From: Candidatus Caldarchaeum sp.
GTDB lineage: Archaea; Thermoproteota; Nitrososphaeria_A; Caldarchaeales; Caldarchaeaceae
Assembly (NCBI GenBank): GCA_038844785.1
Contig: JAWBRA010000030.1
Coordinates: 1-16,927, forward strand
Direction of reading: 5' to 3'
DNA length: 16,927 bases
The notes beneath the pieces were generated by a model. It saw only the letters and a program-made list of their open reading frames with translations. It made no database searches and was not told the DNA's origin. Below are positions 8,714-15,653 of this stretch, piece by piece. Numbering within the stretch: the first letter of the stretch is position 1; each line of letters opens with the position of its first letter. A program made the translations under genes and the position numbers.

Positions 8714-9256
8714 ATGAGGGTTGTAAAGGTTGGGGATTTTTGTTTCGCCATAGGCGCGTTAATGCTGGAAAACATCGACCACACAACTCTTGTTGAAAAG
8801 GTTGTCAAATCCGTTGACGGAGTACAATTCATAGACCCGGAAAAGATTTTCGACTGGGATATCTTCGACGCAGCCTTGGTTAACGCAGTGTTTGTGTATG
8901 GGACACATAAACAGAAGGCCCGGAGTCTGGCTAACGAGGTTTTGCTAAGGCTTTCAGCCACAACGCAGCTTGAGCATGCGATAGAAAGGGTTGGTCTGAG
9001 GGAGGGGGTTAAAAAGGCCATATTCTTCACCGTTGGCTCAACTGAGGAGGAGGCTCTGGAGCTGGCTGGAAAAATAGTCCACATCTCCGGGTGTCGTGAG
9101 CTGGAGCTCCCTGACACAAGAGTTGAGCACAAGATTGACGAGGTTGTCAGGTTTTATGGCTTGGATGATAGGCAGATAAATGCCGTTCAGGCCGAGTCTA
9201 GACATAAAGCGGTAAAAATGCTAGTTATGCAGAAGATTGCTTCAACAATCCTTTAG
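8714..9256 (+). CDS. cgi121: KEOPS complex subunit Cgi121
   Basis: Motifs VQFIDPEKI and ARSLANEVLLRLSATTQLEHAIERVGL match the Cgi121 signature (E-L-x-x-S-x-x-x-Q-I-x-x-A-I-x-x-x-G). Likely start is ATG 8714 after GGTGG; ATG 8702 is the alternative. Confidence 0.8.
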   Translation: MRVVKVGDFCFAIGALMLENIDHTTLVEKVVKSVDGVQFIDPEKIFDWDIFDAALVNAVFVYGTHKQKARSLANEVLLRLSATTQLEHAIERVGLREGVKKAIFFTVGSTEEEALELAGKIVHISGCRELELPDTRVEHKIDEVVRFYGLDDRQINAVQAESRHKAVKMLVMQKIASTIL

Positions 9257-9873
9257 CCATACAGCCTGCTGCGTATCTGCCTTTCCGACAAAACACCCTC
9301 TCTAACAATGGCTAATCCACCTTCCGTAAGCCTGACAACCGTTGAAGGCTTTTCGAACAGAGTTCTGCCGCCATCTATGACCATGTCGACGTTTCTGGCC
9401 ACTTTTTCATCGACCTGCTCTGCGGTTACGGCCGGCTCCATCCCTGATATGTTTGCGCTAGTCCCCAGCAAGGGCAGGCCTGCTTTTTGCATCACGGCTA
9501 GAGCTATTGCGTTGGCAGGCATCCTCACGCCAACCGTCAGCTGCCCTGCGGTAACCTCTCGGGGAAGGTTTGGCTTTTTCTCCATGACTATCGTCACGGG
9601 GCCGGGCCATAGTTTCAAAGCCGCTTCGATTTCTATGATGTGAGGGGTTGCGACCATGTTTAACTGGTCCAAGTCGGATATGAGGACGGGTGATGGCTTG
9701 TTCTCCCGGCGTTTGATCTCCATGACTCGCTGAACGGCCTTGACGTCAAACGGATTGCATCCAATTCCGTAGACTGTGTCCGTCGGGTAAACTATCACAC
9801 CTCCTCTTTTCACGATTCTAGCGGCTTCCTCGATTTTTTGAAGCAGGTTTGAAGGCTTGTTAAAGCTTTTCAA
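9253..9873 (-). CDS. tsaC: L-threonylcarbamoyladenylate synthase, short TsaC/YrdC type (no C-terminal SUA5 domain)
   Basis: Motifs YPTDTVYGIGC, IKRRENKP (KxR), WPGPVT, VGVRMP, TSANISG, PSTVV and REG. At 206 aa it is a single domain. Confidence 0.93.
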   Translation of the reverse strand: MKSFNKPSNLLQKIEEAARIVKRGGVIVYPTDTVYGIGCNPFDVKAVQRVMEIKRRENKPSPVLISDLDQLNMVATPHIIEIEAALKLWPGPVTIVMEKKPNLPREVTAGQLTVGVRMPANAIALAVMQKAGLPLLGTSANISGMEPAVTAEQVDEKVARNVDMVIDGGRTLFEKPSTVVRLTEGGLAIVREGVLSERQIRSRLYG

Positions 9874-10199
9874 GCTTTTGTCTCTACAACCTCTATCTTA
9901 GAGAGATGGTTCATGTGGCATGGCGGGCCGTCTTCGAACCAGTTGTAGTAAGGTGCTATGCATTGGCCGGAGGGTCCTTGGTGAAGGCATTTTACGCGTA
10001 CACCCTTGGTCATGCGAGAGTATGACTTTACGCCGCAGTAAGGGCATCCAGCCTCGTCCGACTTGAGATAAACATGTTTCTCTTTTTCGTTGCTGCAGTA
10101 AACCCACACGCCCAGCTCATGTCCCTTCGGACACCTAGGCGTATCCATCCTCAGCAGAACGTAGGGGACAGACTCGCCGCATACGCGGCATGTAACCAT
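9870..10199 (-). CDS. Hypothetical 109-aa Cys/His-rich (multi-zinc-finger-like) protein
   Basis: Pattern CRVC...CPKGH...CSNEKEKH...CPYC...CLH...C...CHMNH. Start placed at ATG 10199, 10 nt after the ilvE stop and with GAGGT/AGGA upstream. Its stop overlaps the tsaC TTG (TTGA). Confidence 0.7.
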   Translation of the reverse strand: MVTCRVCGESVPYVLLRMDTPRCPKGHELGVWVYCSNEKEKHVYLKSDEAGCPYCGVKSYSRMTKGVRVKCLHQGPSGQCIAPYYNWFEDGPPCHMNHLSKIEVVETKA

Positions 10200-10209
10200 G
10201 GAAATCCTT

Positions 10210-11118
10210 CTACCTCTTACCGTATACTGGGGTGAGCCAGCGTCCGTACGCCGGCTCAAGCCCCCTAACCACTTTATGGTATTTCTCGGTCAACTCCTTC
10301 GTGACCGGGCCGGGGGTTCCGTCGCCCACTTTTCTTCCATCAACCTCCAGTATCGGCAGTATCTCTACCGCGGTACCTGTGAAGAATATCTCGTCAGCTG
10401 TATACAGCTCAGTTCTCGTTACATCCCTCTCCACCACTCTATAGCCCATGTCTGTTGCAAGGGTTATTATCGAATCTCTGGTTATACCTTCAAGGATTGC
10501 TGAGCCGGTGGAAGGCGTGGTTATCACACCATTCTTAACTAAGAAAATGTTTTCACCAGCTCCTTCGCTCACCATGCCGCGCTGGTCGAGGAGTATGGCC
10601 TCATCATAGCCGGCCATCCTCGCCTCAGTAGATGCTAAAATTGAGTTCAGATAGTTGGCGGTTGCCTTAGCCCTTGGAGGCATGGATGTGTCGGGCAGAC
10701 GTCTCCAAGCCGAAACGCATACCCTCAAACCCGGCTTTGTGAAGAACTTGTCAAAAGGAAACACGATGACCAATGCATGAACAGGTAGGTCCATGGCGTT
10801 GAGCGACATCAGGTTCTCACCAGCGTAAATGAGAGGTCTGATGTAAACATTCGAGGTGAACTTGTTTTCCTTGATGGTTCTCACGACAGCCTCCTCCAAA
10901 TCTTCAACTGTGTAGGGGTTTTTGAGCATCAATATCTTTGCGGAGTCAACCAGCCTCTTAAGGTGCTCCCTGAGCCTGAACACGTAAAGCTCGTTGTCGT
11001 GGTAATATCCTCTTATCCCTTCAAAGACAGCTGAGCCGTAGTGTAGGGCGTTGACTGTTACATGTACCTTAGCGTTCTCCCAGGGAACTAGCTCGCCATC
11101 CATCCAGACCGTGTTCAA
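10210..11118 (-). CDS. ilvE: Branched-chain amino acid aminotransferase (PLP fold type IV)
   Basis: Motifs ALHYGSAVFEGIR, FRLREHLKRL, YIRP, AKATANY (PLP Lys), EGAGENIF, LEGITR and EIFFTGTAVEI. TATA TTAAAAATA at 11142-11150 (-). Confidence 0.93.
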   Translation of the reverse strand: MNTVWMDGELVPWENAKVHVTVNALHYGSAVFEGIRGYYHDNELYVFRLREHLKRLVDSAKILMLKNPYTVEDLEEAVVRTIKENKFTSNVYIRPLIYAGENLMSLNAMDLPVHALVIVFPFDKFFTKPGLRVCVSAWRRLPDTSMPPRAKATANYLNSILASTEARMAGYDEAILLDQRGMVSEGAGENIFLVKNGVITTPSTGSAILEGITRDSIITLATDMGYRVVERDVTRTELYTADEIFFTGTAVEILPILEVDGRKVGDGTPGPVTKELTEKYHKVVRGLEPAYGRWLTPVYGKR

Positions 11119-11160
11119 GCCAGTCGTTTTCTTCAGAAGCCTATTTTTAACGGTTTTGGG

Positions 11161-11805
11161 CTAAAGAGCCATCAACACATGCTCGAGAAAATGTTGCTCG
11201 GGAAGAGCTCCCTCAAACATTATTTTATCGTTTATCACCACTTTAGGCACGGCCATCACGTCATACTTGTTGGCTAGGTGGGGAAACTCTATGGCTTCAA
11301 CCATGTCGGCTGTGACACGCTCGTTTTCTATGGCCATCTGATGCGCTGTCCTAACTGCCCTGGGACAGTAAGGGCATGTTGGCGTTACGAAAACCTGTAT
11401 GTGAACCGGCTTGTCTATCTCTCTAACCTTCTCTCTGACCGCTGGAGACAGCCTCGAGTAACCCCTGCTGACATCTATCAAATCATCTAGCAAAGCCATG
11501 AACTCGTATCCGGCTGGAAGGCCGAAAAACCTCACGTGGTACTCCTTTTCCCCGTGAATCAGTAGAGCTGGTATCTTGTCAACCCTCCACTTAGCAGCCA
11601 GTTGAGCGTCTTTTTCGAAGTCGTAAACATTTACTTTTATTTTTCCATCAGCAAGCTCAGCCAGCTCCTCGGTTAACTCTCTCATCTCCCGGCAGTACTG
11701 GCATTCAAACTCTTGCGTGAACACGTTCATGGTTACCTTTTTTTCCAGCTTACCCTCCAACCTGCTTCGAACCGCCCTCCTATCATGCTCGTGTAAGATT
11801 GGCAC
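11161..11805 (-). CDS. pdo: Protein disulfide oxidoreductase (PDO, two thioredoxin folds)
   Basis: Two active sites, CQYC and CPYC, as in hyperthermophile PDOs; also GLPAGYEF and VMAVPK (cis-Pro). Confidence 0.88.
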   Translation of the reverse strand: MPILHEHDRRAVRSRLEGKLEKKVTMNVFTQEFECQYCREMRELTEELAELADGKIKVNVYDFEKDAQLAAKWRVDKIPALLIHGEKEYHVRFFGLPAGYEFMALLDDLIDVSRGYSRLSPAVREKVREIDKPVHIQVFVTPTCPYCPRAVRTAHQMAIENERVTADMVEAIEFPHLANKYDVMAVPKVVINDKIMFEGALPEQHFLEHVLMAL

Positions 11806-11906
11806 AAGACATCTTCCGCTGAGCTTTTAGATAAAGCTTTACATCATGCTTTTTGCTGAACACATTAATGCAAAGGTAATATCAGGCCTGGAACGGACGG
11901 TCATCT

Positions 11907-12368
11907 ATGCTTAGAGCGAGGCTTGTAGCAGCAGGTGTGGCTGTTGTTTGGCAGCAGTCATAGCTGCCGCTCTATTACTAGCAGCTCCCTGACCGGCCAC
12001 CTAAACGCAGACAACCATGACAATAACTGCTCAGACCCAGACACGATCAAACATAGTGTCCCTTAAACGATTATGGTTACAACGCGTTCTTATGGAGGGC
12101 CGAAAAATAACCGTTTACGTAGGCGACCTTGTGAGAATCAGGCTTGTGGGAAACGGTTCAGGACACGTAGTGCACGACTTATGAGAAAAGCCCACCACCC
12201 TACAATGTAAAGTCCGATAGGCTGAGAAAAGGGCAGGAACAGTTAATCGAGTTCGTAGCCAACGTTCCAGGGGTTTACGAGTATTACTGCAGCGTTACTT
12301 CTTTCGCAAGGACAAGCCATAGAGACAAGGGGCAGAAGGGCTTAATCGAGATTATTCCGAGAGGATAG
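11907..12368 (+). pseudogene. Degraded exported or membrane-anchored cupredoxin (blue copper protein)
   Basis: Frame-broken pieces read MLRARLVAAGVAV / LAAVIAAALLLAAP* / Thr-Gln-rich linker / NDYGYNA / YGGPK / ITVYVGDLVRIRLVGNGSGHVVHDL* / KSDRLRKGQEQLIEFVANVPGVYEYYCSVTSFARTSHRDKGQKGLIEIIPRG*. There are several frameshifts and stops (TGA 11990, TAA 12002, TGA 12182). Confidence 0.8.
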
Positions 12369-12370
12369 GT

Positions 12371-12725
12371 TTGAGGAATCCGGCAACCTCGGGCGCACTA
12401 CCGCTATCCATCTTGTTTTCAGCCGTGCTGTTGTTTACTGATGCTGAGCTCTAGGCCTCTGCACCACATCACGGGTATGTTTTGGCAGGGTTCACCGTAG
12501 CAGACGCATTGTTTTTAGCTTTGTTGCAGAAAGGGAAGATGCATAGGGCAAACAAGCACGGTTTGGTGTGGGGTTTGGCGAAGTTTGCGGTTTTCCTAGG
12601 CGATATGTTGACCGCTCCCGAGTTCGGAATAAGCTACGAGGAGTTTGCATCCTATCTTTTCGGCATATGGGCCTACGTCGGCTTATATCTCAGCTAGGCA
12701 TAGCGGCTGGCTCATACCTAGACAT
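12371..12725 (+). pseudogene. Degraded small multi-pass membrane protein, co-oriented with the cupredoxin
   Basis: TTG 12371 lies 2 nt after the cupredoxin stop and is in frame with the track ORF 12482..12697, but a TAG at 12452 (probably TGG>TAG) interrupts it. It has about four hydrophobic segments and an apparent further frameshift near 12690 (the alternative frame continues QLGIAAGSYLD). The 3' end is approximate. Confidence 0.6.
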
Positions 12726-12726
12726 G

Positions 12727-13938
12727 CTATGGGTTGGAAAACGATGAATCTTTTCCCGCTATCTCTGAGACAAACGTTTCAACGCCGTCGTTGAGGCTCA
12801 AGCCGACGCTTTTGAAGGAATCTCTCAAGGCTGCGAGTGTGGGCACGATATACCTTGTGCTGGCCGTCACACACATATGGCCTATCCTCAATATTTTTCC
12901 ATGTAGGGCTGCAATGCCGCCGCCTATCATTATCCTATGTTTTTTCAGCATCGTCTGGGCTATTTTTCCAGAATCCTTCCAAACGGCTGCGGGCAGCTGT
13001 ATGGCTGTGACCGTCGGAGAAGCCACAGAATCTGAAGTCAGGGTTTCAAGACCCATAAACCTTACGGCTTTCCTGAATGCAGCCGCTACACGCAGGTGTC
13101 TCTGATACCTGTTCTCCAACCCCTCCTCAATCGCGGCCTGCGCCGCTGCCTTGAAGCACAGAACTGAGTGGGGGCTTATGGTAGTTGGATACGGGTGTCC
13201 GATGCTTTTCCACTCATCTATGTAATAGCGCCAAACATTAAGGTTTGTGAAGAAAGATGCTGGTTTTGTCTTTCTCTTGCGGACAACCTCCCAGGCTCTG
13301 TCGCTCACCGCGACAGGCACGGTTCCAGGAATGCTTCCGAGACATTTGTTTGCATATCCTACACAGTAGTCGATTCCCCATCCGTCGAAATCCAGCTCAA
13401 CACCACCGTAGGATGATATGGCGTCCAAAATAAACAAGACCCCTCTCTCGTTGCATATTTTCACGTACTCTCTGACCGGGTTAAGCACGCCTGTCGACGT
13501 CTCGTTTTGAACAGCGAGCACAGCTTTTGTGTCCGGGTTCCTTTTCAACACATCGTCCAAGCTTTCGGGAGAAACTACCTCGCCTTCCTTGGCGTTGACT
13601 CTGACTACTTTAGCTCCAACATGGTCTCCTATCTCCGCCAGCCTCTCGCTGAAAAATCCGTTGACAACCGCTACCGCTTTTTCACCGGGCTCCAGCAAGC
13701 TTATCACGCCTGCCTCCAATGCAACGGTGCCAGGCGTCGGCATCATAAACACCTCATTGTTCGTCTTGAAAATAGATGCAGCCAGCTTCAAAGCCTCTTC
13801 GTAAACCGGCAGCCACTCAGGCCCGTAGTGCGCCACAATAGGTGTTGAAAGAACCCTTTGAACAGCTGGATGCAGCTCCGTAGGGCCGGGAATCATCAGA
13901 ACAACACGCTCGCCGAAAAAGTTTGTGTTCAACTCCAT
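12727..13938 (-). CDS. Class V PLP aminotransferase (alanine-glyoxylate / serine-pyruvate / PucG family)
   Basis: Motifs LMIPGP, NGFFSER, VQNETSTGVLNP, ILDAISSYGG, YANKCLGSIPG (PLP Lys), HPYPTT and LRIGHM. Confidence 0.9.
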   Translation of the reverse strand: MELNTNFFGERVVLMIPGPTELHPAVQRVLSTPIVAHYGPEWLPVYEEALKLAASIFKTNNEVFMMPTPGTVALEAGVISLLEPGEKAVAVVNGFFSERLAEIGDHVGAKVVRVNAKEGEVVSPESLDDVLKRNPDTKAVLAVQNETSTGVLNPVREYVKICNERGVLFILDAISSYGGVELDFDGWGIDYCVGYANKCLGSIPGTVPVAVSDRAWEVVRKRKTKPASFFTNLNVWRYYIDEWKSIGHPYPTTISPHSVLCFKAAAQAAIEEGLENRYQRHLRVAAAFRKAVRFMGLETLTSDSVASPTVTAIQLPAAVWKDSGKIAQTMLKKHRIMIGGGIAALHGKILRIGHMCVTASTRYIVPTLAALRDSFKSVGLSLNDGVETFVSEIAGKDSSFSNP

Positions 13939-13988
13939 AGTTATGCCTGCTTACGCTAGGTAAAAAACTGTTTTGCCGAACCTATGCC

Positions 13989-13995
13989 TTTTATA
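13989..13995 (+). promoter_or_regulatory. TATA box for the KaiC-like ATPase / AEP operon
   Basis: TTTTATA lies 24 nt upstream of ATG 14020. Confidence 0.55.
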
Positions 13996-14019
13996 GCTGG
14001 AGCACGCTGTACTGTTGGG

Positions 14020-14808
14020 ATGATAGAAAGGCTGTCTACAGGTGTCGAAGGAATAGACAGCCTGCTGCAGGGCGGTATCCCACGGGGTTTCTTCGTCGCT
14101 GTGACGGGCGAGCCGGGGTGTGGAAAAACAATTGTCTCGATACATTTCATTTCAAAAGGCATCGATGAAGGCGACAAATGTGTGTATGTCACGACCGAGG
14201 AATCCAAGAACTCGATTATCACACAGGCGGAATTGCTTGGAATGGACTTGAAAAAACCTGTCGAGGAAAACAAACTGATTATCATAGATGCGTTGATGGG
14301 TACAGATGAACGCTGGTCGTTGAACGCGCTAGATGTAGAGCAGCTGTTGGAGAAGGTTATCGCAGCTAAGAGGGAGCTGGGTTTCGGCAGAGCCAGGCTG
14401 GTTGTTGACTCCATGTCAGCTTTCTGGCTCGACAGGCCGGTGATGGCTAGACGACTAAGCTACACAGTCAAAAAAGTTTTGGCAAAGTGGGACTTCACAA
14501 CGCTTGCGGTCAGTCAATACGCGATAACTACGTCGGAAGCCTTTGGATGGGGTATAGAGCATGTGGCCGACGGAATTATACGGTTTAGAAGAATAATCCG
14601 AAACGGCGTCCTGCAGAGATTCGTTCTAGTCGAAAAAATGAGACAGACCAACCACAGCACAGTGATGCACACTATCGAAATAATTCCGGGAAAAGGCCTA
14701 GTTGTCAAAAGCCCTGCATACATAGGCCGTGAAGACGTGGCGCTCCCGTCACAGGTAACGAGAAAAATAATATCTGCGAAAAAGAAGAAAGAGGAAGAAG
14801 TTCCTTAA
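14020..14808 (+). CDS. Single-domain KaiC-like (RecA superfamily) ATPase
   Basis: RLSTGVEGIDSLLQGGIPRG, Walker A GEPGCGKT, TTEE, Walker B LVVDS, IEHVADGII and EKMR arginine finger. Start placed at ATG 14020 because the TATA box lies downstream of the track's ATG 13984. Confidence 0.9.
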   Translation: MIERLSTGVEGIDSLLQGGIPRGFFVAVTGEPGCGKTIVSIHFISKGIDEGDKCVYVTTEESKNSIITQAELLGMDLKKPVEENKLIIIDALMGTDERWSLNALDVEQLLEKVIAAKRELGFGRARLVVDSMSAFWLDRPVMARRLSYTVKKVLAKWDFTTLAVSQYAITTSEAFGWGIEHVADGIIRFRRIIRNGVLQRFVLVEKMRQTNHSTVMHTIEIIPGKGLVVKSPAYIGREDVALPSQVTRKIISAKKKKEEEVP

Positions 14809-14810
14809 CC

Positions 14811-15653
14811 ATGGACGCCGACGAGCTTCTGCTTAAACATTATTCGAGCGAAGAGGTTTTGGAGGAGATAGCAAGGTTCTCGACGGGCAGATGGGTTGCG
14901 GTCTTCAGCCGGGACGGCATGCATAGATACCATGTGAAAAAGAGGCAGCACCTGAGGATAGACACACCCTACGATGTCATTGAAATACTCCAAGAGCTAA
15001 AACCCCGCTCTTTCTACGCAACCATACACACGTACCTGTGGCGGGATAGCAGGCCTGTGAAAATTATCTCCTCAATGGCTTCCTGGGATGTAGACCTTCT
15101 GCCGTCATCAAGCTGGGTGAATGCGATGGAGGCGGCCGGCGAAATAATCTCAGTACTGGACAAGCTGGGCATATGTAAGTCAACCATCGTCAAATGGAGC
15201 GGTGAAGGCGTTCACGTTCATGTAAACGACAGGGCATTCAGCGGTGATTTGCTCGCAAAAATACCGCCGCTGGATGCAGCATATGCTTTGACCGAATATG
15301 TGTTAAGACGGATGAGTATGAGAAAGCATGTGTTGGTGGAAAACAAGGTAGACCCCGCCAGAGTTTTCACCGCCCCGCTCTCCCTTCACAGAGCGCTGGA
15401 CAGGGTATGCGTGTGCATAGATCCCGGCAAACTAGATTCCTTCAGCATCGAACATACATTCTTAGGCCGTTACAAGCATTTTAAAGACTGGAACAGATAC
15501 GAAGTCGGTGAGGCTGACGATGCTGTTGAAAAAGCCTTCCAAGCCGTCGGCCCTTACAGAACCTGGCGTAAAAAGAAGCGTAAACCGTCAGTGGAGGATA
15601 TAGTCAGAAGGTTTCACGCAAAGTTTGGAGATGAGGATGCAGCTATACGTTAA
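14811..15653 (+). CDS. Archaeo-eukaryotic primase (AEP) superfamily primase-polymerase-like protein
   Basis: Motif I SWDVD, motif II VKWSGEGVHVHV, and a motif III region VLVENKVDPARVFTAPLSLH. The N-terminal RWVA...RY...PRSFY parallels the PriS N-terminus, and there is a basic tail RKKKRK. Confidence 0.75.
   Translation: MDADELLLKHYSSEEVLEEIARFSTGRWVAVFSRDGMHRYHVKKRQHLRIDTPYDVIEILQELKPRSFYATIHTYLWRDSRPVKIISSMASWDVDLLPSSSWVNAMEAAGEIISVLDKLGICKSTIVKWSGEGVHVHVNDRAFSGDLLAKIPPLDAAYALTEYVLRRMSMRKHVLVENKVDPARVFTAPLSLHRALDRVCVCIDPGKLDSFSIEHTFLGRYKHFKDWNRYEVGEADDAVEKAFQAVGPYRTWRKKKRKPSVEDIVRRFHAKFGDEDAAIR

Noticed and set aside
11822-11841. AGCTTT-N5-AAAGCT inverted repeat upstream of pdo
   Set aside because: It is short and coincides with the AT-rich TATA/BRE region, so it cannot be distinguished from core-promoter sequence.
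11990-12697. In-frame TAG/TGA codons as possible pyrrolysine or selenocysteine recoding
   Set aside because: All three stop types plus several frameshifts occur together, and intact genes in the window end in TAG and TGA. This is ordinary decay.
14020-14808. Circadian clock KaiC or recombinase RadA
   Set aside because: It is a single domain with no Ser/Thr phosphosite pair and no kaiA/kaiB nearby, and it lacks the RadA N-terminal HhH domain and polymerisation motif.
14811-15653. Replication gene of an integrated plasmid or virus
   Set aside because: There is no fused or adjacent helicase, integrase, att/tRNA site or structural gene. The neighbours are housekeeping-type and show no obvious compositional shift.
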